Assembly: GCF_902713615.1 (NCBI RefSeq)
Contig: NC_052150.1
Span: 72,967,790-73,031,789 of the forward strand
Length of the DNA stretch: 64,000 bases
DNA from: Scyliorhinus canicula
Taxonomy: Eukaryota
Direction of reading: 5' to 3'
Within the stretch, counting starts at the first letter, position 1. The number at the start of each line of letters is the position of its first letter. A program made the translations under genes and the position numbers. The notes under the pieces are model-generated. The model was not told where the DNA came from and searched no databases. It was given only the letters and a program-made list of their open reading frames with translations. Below, one piece after another: positions 12,371 through 23,844 of the stretch.

Positions 12371-12720
12371 TTTTAAAAAATTAATTTACAGCGTGTGAAT
12401 GTCACTGGCTGTGCCAGGATTTATTGCCCATCCCTAACTGCCCTCCATTTCAGAAAGCATTTGAGAGTCAACCATGTTGCTGGGGATCTGGAGTCACATA
12501 TAAGCCAGACCAGGTGAGGGTGGTTATTAAGGACATTAGTGACCCAGATGGGTTTTTAACAATAATCGGCAATAGTTTCATGGTCACCGTTCGACTTTTA
12601 ATTCCAGATTTCCATTGAATTCAAGTTTCAACATGTGCCATGGTGGGAATCGAACCTGGGTGCTCAGAATTAACTGTGGGCCTCTCGATTATATGTCCAG
12701 TGACAATGCTATTACCTCCC
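12371..12720 (-). mobile_element. tRNA-headed SINE related to the 50193-53405 LINE
   Basis: Aligns to 52495-52620 plus 53275-53405, and to the tail at 50200-50265. Confidence 0.75.
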
Positions 12721-13425
12721 CCAGAATCAAAGTCGCATGAGAAATTTCTTCACAAAGACCAGGGCTGAAAACTTGCACTGTAAGTTTTGCTTTTCTTCTG
12801 TTGACTTTGCAAGATGAAATAGGCATCTAGAGGTGAATCAGTTTGCATGCAATGGCACAGAACCTCCAGCAGAGGCAGGGTAGATGGGGCCAGTGACCAG
12901 TCTGGCCAAAATTCCTTCCATGGGGCCTACTAGTCAGATGTTAAAGCAGCAGACTGGCTTGAAACTCAGGAACACAATATTAAGTTGTTCAACAAGCCAG
13001 AGTCTTAGGTCATGTGTCTATCCCTCTCCATAAGGTCTTCACCAAAGGGTGTTTGTTATCCAGTGGCTGGAATTTAGCTTGGTCTTCAGAATTGCTAAAT
13101 GTCCCCATCACTAGGAGTTAAAAGGAATATATGAGAGGCTCTCATCTTCGTAGACTCTCTGATTCCATTGGCAAACCTGCTCTATCTTTATAATAGCTTC
13201 TGTTGAAAGTTGGGTTCTGCAATCCCCAAGTGATCTGTTAGTAGCTCCTCAGAAATAACGAGTTGCAACATTTCCGACACTGAAATATGGCTTCTTCTGT
13301 TCTGGTGAGGCACAGACACTAACTCAGAGACACAGAGTCAGCAATCTTACAGTCTTTATCAACCGAAAGTTCCAGTTTGAAATTAAGAGATAGCCATGGG
13401 GATATATTTTATACAACATTATACA

Positions 13426-14404
13426 CTGCAGGATTTTCCAAAAATTGCAGAATGCAGGTTCAGGCACGAAAAGCTGTGTGAAACACGTTGGCTTCACAGG
13501 CGGATTTTCTCACCTGATTTAAAAGCACTCTGTGCGATTTCAGACTGCTGGCAAGGATCATACAGTCAGCTGTCAGGTGGGAAGCCTAAACGCGCCTGCA
13601 AAGCCAGAATTCTGAGATCGGGGGCCATTTTTAAAGGGCACCCCAATCCAAAAGTGACATTAAGGGACCCCCCTCCACCCCTACGGAGATCAGGACCCCT
13701 CCCCCATCCACAGATATCAGGACCCCCCCCCGGCAGACAATGTGAATACCCCCAAAGCTCACATGCAGAAGGGTGACCCACCTCCTTCACACAAGCATTG
13801 GGGTGACGCCATCCACCTCCATCACCTCCATTGGGGCACTCTGCCCCCCACCACCACTCACTGACACTTTCCCCTGTCCCATCACTGGCATCGTGCCCCA
13901 ATCCCCACACAGTCTCCGGCCCCAAGTCACCTCAATGCATCCACAACCCCCAAACAACCATCGGGCACCCCACACATAAAGGGACCCCCCCCCCCCCCCC
14001 CAGTGGGGATCCCTGAAGGGCCCACCTCTGGCAGTGCCAACCTGGCCCCAGCATGATCATCACGACTGGTTCACGTTTTTGAAAACCAGTAGTGATTTGT
14101 GCTGACGTGATGTCACGCCAACTGGGTGGAAGGATAAGGCATGGGTGGGACGAAAAGGCGTCAAGCCTGAAATGACGTCAAGCCTGAAATGACATCAGGC
14201 GTAAACATATGCAAATATATTTAAAATTATGGAAATCAGGTCCACGCCCTTTCTGGTCTTGAACCTGACCATGTCATTGGTGCGGGCAGGGGTGATCAGA
14301 AACTGAGAAATCGCCAGTGCAAATTCCGTTGGGGCTCTCTCGTGGAATTTAGCGGCCATAATGGAATTTGTGCCCACAGCAAACGGGCCCGCTAAATCCT
14401 GCTC
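13426..14404. mobile_element. GC-rich non-autonomous DNA transposon (MITE-like)
   Basis: Ends gcaggattt / aaatcctgc; sharp GC step relative to the flanks. Confidence 0.5.
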
Positions 14405-14610
14405 AGCATTAGGTTCTGTTCCATCACAAACTTAAAAGATATCTCTAAAAGAAGATCAGAGTATCTAAATTTGGGTGAAATGCTAGTAATGTTTATTGTT
14501 GCACCAAACTACATATAATGGTATCCAACAGCAAAATCAATATTCATATCATATCTTAAGACTGTGTATCCTATAAAAAACATTCCATATTTCAAACATT
14601 CAACACAGAC

Positions 14611-14851
14611 CTCAATTTCCTCTTTGTATTTCAGTATTGAGGCTTCCATTATGTTTCTCAGCTTGAAAGTGTCACTTTCCACATCAAAGTTGTGCCCTGT
14701 GGTTTCTGCAATTCGCTTCCAATGCCGTAACATCATAGCTTTGTTTGACATGTGCTCCAGGAGTGGGCAGCATTCATTGAAATCATCAATGGTTTGTTTC
14801 AGATCCAGGAAGGCTTGCCATTCTTTCAAAGCACGAGGAAGCTTGCGACAT
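14611..14851 (-). CDS. DNAH5: DNAH5 exon, 241 nt
   Basis: [32 protein letters not shown]; ttcag|A acceptor, GAG|gtctg donor. Confidence 0.94.
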
Positions 14852-15227
14852 CTGAAGTATAAGAAACATAATGCAAATACAAATTGTACGGTCAGGGACA
14901 TTCAAAAATATACTTATGTTTTTAGATTGCAACTTTTAATATCACAGCCATCAACTACAGATATACATTTATTTAGATGATCGAGCCAAAGGAGGTAGTG
15001 TTGGATGAGGGAACAATTATGCTTTTATTAAGTTAGATTTTTAAGTACTTTGTGGTCATATTTAGCCGTAGAATAAAAGGGAGGAAATCTATAGATTCCT
15101 ATGAGCACAGATCAGAAATTTGAGTTTCCACCCACAAGATTTTCCAGCATTCATCCCAAATATGGAGAGGCAAAGCATTGTACCGAGAACCCAAATATTA
15201 AACATGACCTTAAAGTTTGCTTCCAAC

Positions 15228-15447
15228 GGGGGCAGCACGGTGGCACAGTGGTTAGCATTGCTGCCTACGGCGCCAAGGACCCGGGTTCGAATCCCGGCCC
15301 TGGATCACTGTCCGTGTGGAGTTTGCACATTCTCCCTGTGTCTGCGTGGGTTTCACCCCCACAACCCAAAGATGTGCAGGGTAGGTAGATTGGCCATGCT
15401 AAATTGCCCCTTAATTGGAAAAAATAATTGGGTAAAATAAAGATTAA
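15228..15447 (+). mobile_element. HE1-like SINE, short A-rich tail, perfect 16-bp TSD
   Basis: TSD aaagtttgcttccaac at 15212-15227 and 15448-15463, at a TT/AAAG site. Confidence 0.93.
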
Positions 15448-15484
15448 AAAGTTTGCTTCCAACTATCCGATCAATGTACCTTAC

Positions 15485-15845
15485 AGGAGTGGCATAGTGG
15501 TACAGTATTGTCATTGGACTAGTGATCCAGAGGTCCAGGATCATGCTCTTGGGACCCTTGTTTGAATCCCACACCATGGGTGTGGATGGTGGAATTTGAA
15601 ATCAATAAAAGTTTGAAATTAAAAGTCAAATGATGACCATGAAACCTTTATCAATGTCCTTTGGGGAAGGAAATCTGCCATCCTTACCTAGTCTGGCTTG
15701 CGTGATTCCAGAACCACAGTAATGTGTTTGACTCTTAAATGCCCTCTGAAATGGCCTAAAAAAACCACTCAGTTCAAGGACAAGGAATGGGCAACAACTT
15801 ATAACATTTTTTGTGACGCCTACACCCCATGAAAGATTTTTTTTT
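15485..15845 (+). mobile_element. tRNA-headed SINE; internal-deletion derivative of the 50193-53405 LINE family
   Basis: Head and 5'UTR align to 53405->52465 (minus), then jump to the LINE 3' tail. Confidence 0.75.
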
Positions 15846-16605
15846 AAATAAGGTGATGAATTTTTAACTCAAATAATTGAAATCATTATTCTTGCATTTT
15901 CTAAGAGAAGTCAAATTTTGTTTGAAAATATATTGCAACATGTTAAGAAAAAGAAACATAAAATGTGGCAATATTTATCCTGATTGATGAGAAAGATCAT
16001 GGCAATAATTTTACATGATGGTCAATAGGATGTGTATATTTCTTGCAGCAGCATCAGCAGTGTAAAAAATGGCATCAAGAAAAAAACATTCCGACAGCAA
16101 AGGGCTAATGCAGCTAAATTTAAGACATCTGAGATCCTGCTTTATAAATGGATTCGCTGAGTTGCCCAGTATATATAAATCAGGAGCATATCCCTAATGC
16201 AGCTCTGTAGTTCCCATCAATCAGAAACTGAAGTACAAGTGTAGCCAGCTTGCCCCATTATTCAACCATATTGTTAGATTCATAGGAGCATTATCCTTCT
16301 ACCAAGCTACAACTAAAACACAGATCAAACAAGCATTTCTGAAGCTCTCCAGATTGTCCATGTATTCACTATTATGGTGAGCAATTAGAGGACAAAGTAC
16401 GCCTGTTGTTAAAGCATAGCGCTGTGCATTCTTATTTTCAATATGAATTATATCATGGAGATTCTTAGACGATACACTAATGTATTAACTAATGTGACAT
16501 TTTAATTGCCATGCAAGCCATCTTTATTGTATCACTATAATGACAACTTAGATTTTATAGTCCTTTTGAAGTAAGAATGTGTCAGTTACAGTGGAAAATG
16601 GACAC

Positions 16606-18425
16606 TAGAATCACACAGTGCAGAAGAGGCCCTTCGGTCCATCAGGTCTGCACCGACAAGTGAAAAACACTTGACCCACCTACCCAATCCCATTCACCAG
16701 CACTTGGCCCATACCTTGAATGTTATGATATGCCAAATGCTCATCCAGGGATGTGAGGCAACCCACTTCTACCACTCTCCCAGTCAGTGCATTCCAGACC
16801 GTCACCACCCTTTGGGTAAAAAAGCTTTTCCTCACACCGCCCCTCACCTTAAATTTGTGTCCCCTCATTACTGACCCTTCAATGAAGGGAAACAGCTGCT
16901 CCATATATACCCTGTCCATACCTCTCAATCTTGTACACCTCAATCAGGTCGCCCCTCAGTCTTCTCTGCTCCAGCGAAAACAACCCAAGCTTATCCAACC
17001 TCTCTTCATAACTTAAAATGTTCCACCCCAGGCATCACCCTACTGAATCTCCATTGTAGCCCCCCCCCCCCCAGTGCAATCACTTCCTTCCTATAATGTA
17101 GTGAACAGAACTTCACTCAGTACTCCAGCTGTGGCCTCACCCAAGTTCTATACTCCACCTCCCTTCTTTTGTAATCTATGCCTCGATTGACAAAGGCAAG
17201 TGTACCAAATGCCTTTTTCACCCTCCGGTTAACCTGCCCTTCCGCCATCAGAGATCTGCAGTTGATGTAGTTTATATGCATTTGAGCAAAGCCTTTGACA
17301 AGGTCCTACATGGGAGACACCAAGGCCCCTTTGTTCCTCAGAAATTTCTAGTGTCATACCATTCATTGAATACTTCCTTGTCAAATTACTCCTTCAGAAG
17401 TGTATCACCTCATGCTTTTCAGGGTTAAACTCCATCTGCCACTTATCTGCCCAGTTGACCATCCCATCTATATCTTCCTGCAACCCAAGCCACTCAACCT
17501 CATTGTTAACCACTCAATCAATTTTTGTGTCATCCGCAAACTTATTGATCCTACCCCTCTTAATCATCAATGTTGTTTATATAAATGACAAATAACAGGG
17601 AACCCAGTAAAGATCCCTGTGGTACGCCACTGAACACTGGCTTCCAGTCACTAAAGCAGCCTTCTGTCTTCACCCTCTGTCTCCTACAGCTAAGCCAATT
17701 TTGAATCCACCTGATCAAATTACTCTGTATCCTACGTACATTTGTATTATTTATAAGTCTCCTATGTGGGACCTTGTCAAAGGCTTTGCTCAAATACATA
17801 TACACTACATCAACTGTACGACCCTCATTGACAAACCTGCTCATTTCCTCAAACTATTCAAGCAAATTTGTTATGTATGACCTCCCTCTGACCTACATGA
17901 CCCACATGCTAATAATACCTTGCGTCTCCAAGTGGAGATAGACTCTCTCCTTCAGAATTGTCTCCAATAGTTTCCCTGCCACTGACGTGAGACTCACTAG
18001 TCTGTAGTTCTCTAGCTTACCTCTACAACCTTTCTTAAATAGTCGAAGCACATTAGCTGTTCTTTAGTCCTCTGACACTTCAACCAAGGCCAGAGAGAAA
18101 TTAAAAATTTGAGTCAGAGCCCCTGCAATCCCCACCCTTGCCTCCCACAGCAGCTTGGGACACAATTCATCCGCACCTGGAGATCTGTCCACTTATAAAC
18201 CTGCCAGCATCTCCAATACATTGACACCCCCTATGTCAGTTTGCTCAAGAACCTCACAGTCTCTCCCAGAGTTCCATACCTACATCCTCATTCTCTTGGG
18301 TGAAGACAGAAGTGAAATATTCATTCAACATCCTACCAATGTCCTCTGGTTCCACCCACAGATTACTCCCTTGGTCCCTAATGGGCCCTATTCTTTTCTT
18401 GGTTTTTCTCTTCCCATTGATATAC
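16606..18425 (-). mobile_element. 5'-truncated, decayed CR1 LINE (RT fragments)
   Basis: VDVVYMYLSKAFDKVPH, SGVPQGSLLGSLLFVIYIN, FFTQRVVTVWNAL. Confidence 0.9.
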
Positions 18426-18469
18426 TCATATTCCATCTTTGTCAAGCCTATAAAGGATTATGCCAAGTG

Positions 18470-19010
18470 ACCAGAAGTTAGTCCCAAGGAGGGGATGTTA
18501 AAGAGGACTTGACAGCAGAAATGAGAGGCTATGATGAGACTTTTTTATATAGGGAATTCCAGAGAGTAAGACGTATGCTGCTGAAGATTGCCAGAATTAT
18601 AAGACAAAATGCAGTGTGGATGCAAAATAGGATGGAGGTAGTTCAACAGGGAGCTCAGTAGGAACTGTAGAGCTGAAAAGAGAATACATAAAAAGGGAGG
18701 AGTTAGGAAACAAAACTATTTAAGAGCATGCATTTTAAAATTTTGAGATGCTAAGTAATAGTAAGCCATTGCAAGTCAACAAGGATGGGGGTGAAGGACA
18801 AGCACCCCAACACAGGCTTTAATTTATGAAAGGTGGTGGATGGCAGATATTGGGACAGCATTTGGGTAATTGAGTCTTTAGGTGATGAAAGCATGCATAA
18901 GGGTTTTAGCAGCCGACCACCTGAGGTAAGGGCAGAGGTGGACAATATTATAAAAATAGAATTAGGCAGTACATGTGATGAAAGGGAAATGAAGTCAGAA
19001 GCAAAACTGA
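18470..19010 (-). mobile_element. Old LINE fragment (L2-like)
   Basis: Purine-rich decayed segment resembling 32160-32555. Confidence 0.35.
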
Positions 19011-19207
19011 GGTAATTTGTTCTTTAAGGTTCTGTACAATTAAAAAATGCAGAATATTTGAGCTAGACAAATAGCTAGTTGACAATAATTTGAAAAGCCC
19101 CATGTGCACATACAGAAGCCTGAAAATTGAAAGCAACGGCACAATGACAATTCCAGGTGACAAAAATATGTTAATAATTAATAGCTTCACCAAAACGTAA
19201 CATGTAC

Positions 19208-19446
19208 CTGGTCTGAAATTCCATAAGTTCATTGTTGATTTTTTCAATGTTGACCTCTGACCACAGGATGTCATAGTAACTGCTGACTGTATTGATCACA
19301 TTGTTGTACAATCCATATAGCTTCTGGAGCAAAGTCAGCTGTTTTTTTATTTCCAGTAGCTGAGGATACTCAGTGACAGACAAGCCAAACAGCTCCTCAC
19401 CATCAGTATATGTGATGTACTTACGAAACAGGTTGTCAAATTGATT
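19208..19446 (-). CDS. DNAH5: DNAH5 exon, 239 nt
   Basis: [22 protein letters not shown]...[13 protein letters not shown]; ctag|AAT acceptor, AG|gtaca donor. Confidence 0.94.
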
Positions 19447-19949
19447 CTAGTAACCAAACAAAAGAAAATGTCTATATCTCTCTGTAAACCTCACAAGTAG
19501 TAAATATTAGTCAACTGATTGGTTATACAGTGGATTGGTAGAAAGTAACTTCCCTACATCAATCAGCAATGTTGGTGAAGGCCACTGTTACAAGATTTGG
19601 TTGGTTTTATGAGCTTCATGGTACCAAAATGGCATCATGCGCACATCTGGTGCAGATCACACCCAAGGCATGACTATTCCAGCTAAAAGTCTCTTAACCT
19701 TGCACAGCTGAACATGCATTCAGCCACAGGAATGACTCCCACTGTCAATGTGACTTAAGGGCATTATCAACTACTGTCAAGTTAGTTAGTTGTTGGTTGA
19801 TTTCTACAGATTGTTGCTAAGTTTGTAAGCATGTCTAGTGGTCTGTGCTCTTATTCAATGTTGCTGAAATCTACAAAAAATGGAGTGGCTCAAACTTCAG
19901 GGGTTTTGCGCAGACAACTTACTCCCAGTCAGGGATGCTGCAATTTATA

Positions 19950-20450
19950 TCCCCTTGGCATACTCCATGACAAGTAGGTTGGTTAGTGGCAACACAGGAG
20001 AGAGCAAGCTACTTGGACAGGGAAGAGACGAAGAGGGAGGACAGCTCTCAGAAGGCAGAAGGCCATATCCAGGGTCTTCACAGAGCATTTCTCCCACTTC
20101 AAACTCAGCGAGGAACATTGTGCGTGTCATTTTTGCTTCACTATGGAGGTGCTCACTTGAATCTGCCATCTCTTGTGGCAGATTTGCAGTCTCAGAGTAG
20201 GGTGAGGACTGCATTTCAATAGCTGTAAATATAACCAAGGACATGAATTTATTTGCATCAGGTTACATCCAATCTGGAGCAAGCCATATTTACAACTTCA
20301 AGTTTGGCTTCCACTGTTGCATGAGTAAGGTCACCAAGGCTCTGTATGCAACAAAAATGTATGCAGAGCAAGCACGTGGCCTGTTCCGGATAATAGGCTT
20401 CCCGATGGTGCAGGGCATCTTTAACTACATACAAGCCATAATGCAGGTTG
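19950..20450 (+). pseudogene. Second PIF/Harbinger transposase relic (N-terminal part)
   Basis: ORF 20243..20461: MNLFASGYIQ...HCCMSKVTKALY...QARGLFRIIGFPMVQGIFNYI, homologous to the 3770 relic. Confidence 0.7.
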
Positions 20451-20907
20451 GTTTCAAGTAGTGCTAGCCTCACAGGAACCTACTGAGTCATTCAGCCACT
20501 CAACAGTGCATTTAGCACTGGCAGCACAATAGATTCATGGCAGGAAACAGGCAAGTACGAAGTTTGCATGCTGCCTGCATTGAAAAGAACCAGCATAGAT
20601 TAATCACACATTGTGATCCCCAAGACTGTTCTCTGGGACGATCCAATTTTGCCCACTGAACCTCTTCCGAAGAAGGAAAATCCATAAAAATGTGATATAA
20701 AGATGTGATGCTCCCTAGCATTTATTATCCTTTGATTATTCTATAAACACAGTATAATGATTACAGGACAGGTCTAGCAACTGTGAGGGTTGAGTTCAAA
20801 ACACACCTTATTGATTTATGAAATTGATTGCAATAATATCTAGGAAACTGCGGGCTATAGTTAGAAAAACATTCATAAAAGCCATGTCCATAACAAGAGG
20901 AACATAC

Positions 20908-20970
20908 CTGAAAAATGATAAGCCTATCACTGGCATCCTGTGGTGCCAAACCTATAACCATTGGTCCTTC
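20908..20970 (-). CDS. DNAH5: DNAH5 exon, 63 nt
   Basis: EGPMVIGLAPQDASDRLIIFQ; atag|GAA acceptor, CAG|gtatg donor. Confidence 0.92.
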
Positions 20971-21301
20971 CTATTGTAAATTAAAATAAAGCTTACTCGT
21001 GATCCATTCTGAACAATTAAATATTCACAAAATGTTACAATAGTTATAGTCTCAAAACACTTACCAACAAGTAATTATCATATAACATTTGCACATTTAG
21101 AACTATTTGTTTAGAAAAATGTTTTGAAATAAATCACTCCATATTTAAACATGTTATAAACCATAACATAGTTAACAATTTTCAAAGCATATTTCTTGGA
21201 AAATGAAAAAAAAATGAGTTTTAAATAAAAAATATATACATGATTCAGTCAGCAAAACATAAATACTTAATTCACTCATTCAAATTTTTGTATCGACTTA
21301 C

Positions 21302-21520
21302 CTTTTCATAGTCCACATAAAATTCACTGCAGTCATCAATGAATGTCTGCACATTGTTGATCAGTTCTCCTCTGAAATTTGGCTGTAAGGTAACTAGTTC
21401 ATTCTGAATCTCACTTGCACGCACAAGCAATTTTTCCCAAGTGTAGCGAAGTGTGTCTACCTTCTCTATCTCTTCCTTGGCCACAAGCAATTCATATTTG
21501 TTTAACATTGCATAAGATTC
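21302..21520 (-). CDS. DNAH5: DNAH5 exon, 219 nt
   Basis: [31 protein letters not shown]; atag|GAA acceptor, AAG|gtaag donor. Confidence 0.94.
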
Positions 21521-22155
21521 CTATTGAAATGGCAAGAATAGTTTGCTTGTTCAATGTAAAATAATGGCTGTAGCTTGCCACAGGTCATGGAAAAAAATGA
21601 AAACAGTAATATACTGACAAAGGTTTAATGGGATAGTTCATTTATGCTCCCTAGGCTCCACATAAAACTGCAGTACCAACAACATTTGGCAGTGGTGCGA
21701 GTAGGAACCACAAGTCACTGCACACGGGCATCAGCGCATTTTCTTCTAAGGGAAGAACAACTATGCTTACAGCCTGTTGGTTTCAAACGATGCAAAAAGG
21801 GTGGAATAAAAAGTGCTTTTCACAAGGCACAGAATTATAAAAAAGGCTTCCTCTTATAATTTCATATATTTCCTCCAATAACATCCTGAAACAGCAGCAT
21901 TACTCTCCACCTTTTCTTGCGGATGCATCAAAACTTCATTGTGGTGCTGGCTTCAATTGTACATTAACTTTCCCAATGGGGCGGGATATCGCTGTGACAC
22001 AGTTACAAGTTTCAGCTGATGTGACAAGAGAAGCCCGTGTGTTCTTTAGTCCTCAAGAAAATTGATCTCCAGCAATAACATTTTTGTATTGTTTTTCTCA
22101 TATAAGCAATCAGGTGAAGGGAAATAAGCCGTTCCAAGCTGAAACAAAGGCTTAC

Positions 22156-22391
22156 CTCAATGGGTCCCACTTGGAAGTCAATGGAAATTTGTTGTTCTCT
22201 TATTTCTTTGAGTGCAGCCATGGCTATTCTAATATCATCCAAATCCTTGATAGGACGATTCAATTTTTTGCTGACTTCCTCTATAAATGTAAAGATGTTC
22301 TCCATCTCGGTCCGATACTTTTTATTGCAGTGTCGACCCAAATCAGTTATCCAAATCCTGGTTTCTGAAGTTAATGCCATTTTCAGGTCAT
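22156..22391 (-). CDS. DNAH5: DNAH5 exon, 236 nt
   Basis: [38 protein letters not shown]; ttcag|AT acceptor, GAG|gtaag donor. Confidence 0.94.
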
Positions 22392-22417
22392 CTGAAAAAT
22401 GCAACAACTTTTTAATT

Positions 22418-22742
22418 ATAGAAATCATAGCATCCCTACTTGCAGAAGGAAGCCATTCAGGCCATTGAGTCTACACCGATCCTCCGAAGGAACACCTTAC
22501 CTGGGCTCCATATACCCACCCTATCCGCTAACCCAACTAACCTTTTGGACACTAAGGGGTAATTCAGCATGGCCAATTAATCTAACCTGCACGTCTTTGG
22601 ACCATGGGAGGAAATCAGAGCAGCTGAAGAAAACATGGAGAGAATGTGCAAACTCCACACAGTCACCCAAGGTTGGAATTGAACCGGGGTCTCTGGCACC
22701 GTGAGGCAGCAGGGCTAACCTCTGTGCAACCATGTTACCCTG
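22418..22742 (-). mobile_element. HE1-like SINE with CR1-type tail
   Basis: Head at 22742, ctatgatttctat end; aligns to the 48045 copy. Confidence 0.85.
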
Positions 22743-23844
22743 CCCATGCCATAATGTTCTGCTTATAATGTCTGCTTATAATATTGGGCTCAGGTGATTA
22801 GGAAAACTTGCTAATCGATTCAATTCATGTGCCTTCCCATATTCTTCACTGTTATTTTAGACTTTGATTTTGATTTTCTTTCACAGGATCTGAAATTTGC
22901 ACCAAGTCTGAATCTGACTCATGTAAAAATGTAAGTCAAAATGACAAATAGTTGTTGCCATGCTTTTTTAGATTAATTTATTTTATGATGTCTTAATGGA
23001 AGTGCAAATAAATTAATGTAAATTAAAATTGTTTTTGGAAAGAATGGATGATCCAAAATTCCTATTTCATACCCACGCAACAGGCTGCCGAACAAGCTCT
23101 CTAGTCCTCAAAAACAATTCAATTGTGGTGTCTCGTTCCCTCTGAAGAACATATAAAAATTATAGATTTTTAATCAAATAGTATCTGTTTTAAAAATCTC
23201 TAATGATTTCCACATTTCTCCCTTAATTCCATGTGTACATTCCAATCATTATTTTGCTTTCTGCATAATGATTTAAATATGATTGAAATTTCCTTTACTT
23301 CTTTCTTTGCTGTCTGTGAGAATTCTGAAATCTGATTGGCTGATCAGCCTACCTGCTGTCTATTCTATTGCTGGATACCATCAATTCCTTATAGAGGGCA
23401 CCAAAATAAAACTAGAGTTGAAAAGAGCACTTCTGTCAATCATTACGCTCTACAGATACTTTTTTTTATGGGCAGCTTTTAAGTCAATGGTGAACGTGAT
23501 TCCTTCACCATTCAGCCCAAAAACCAAGGCCATTGTCCTAATGATTTAAAATGATCTCTAATTAAATATTTATGTTATCACTAACAGAAATTGTATTATG
23601 TCATTAATTACATCAACTATACTTGTCCATATTGGGACTTGCTTCACCATTATAAGCTTTCTTCTGCTTGTCCAGAGTCCTCTACAATGCATGAACATGC
23701 AGTAACCGAAACATTCTTGCACAGGCTGCACACAAGTTGGGGCCTCTTTAAGTATTTCATACGCATGGCCGTGCAAATGATTTTATGGCCCCACGTAATT
23801 AAATAAATGGTCTGTGGACTAAAATCTAAATCAGAAGTCACGTT

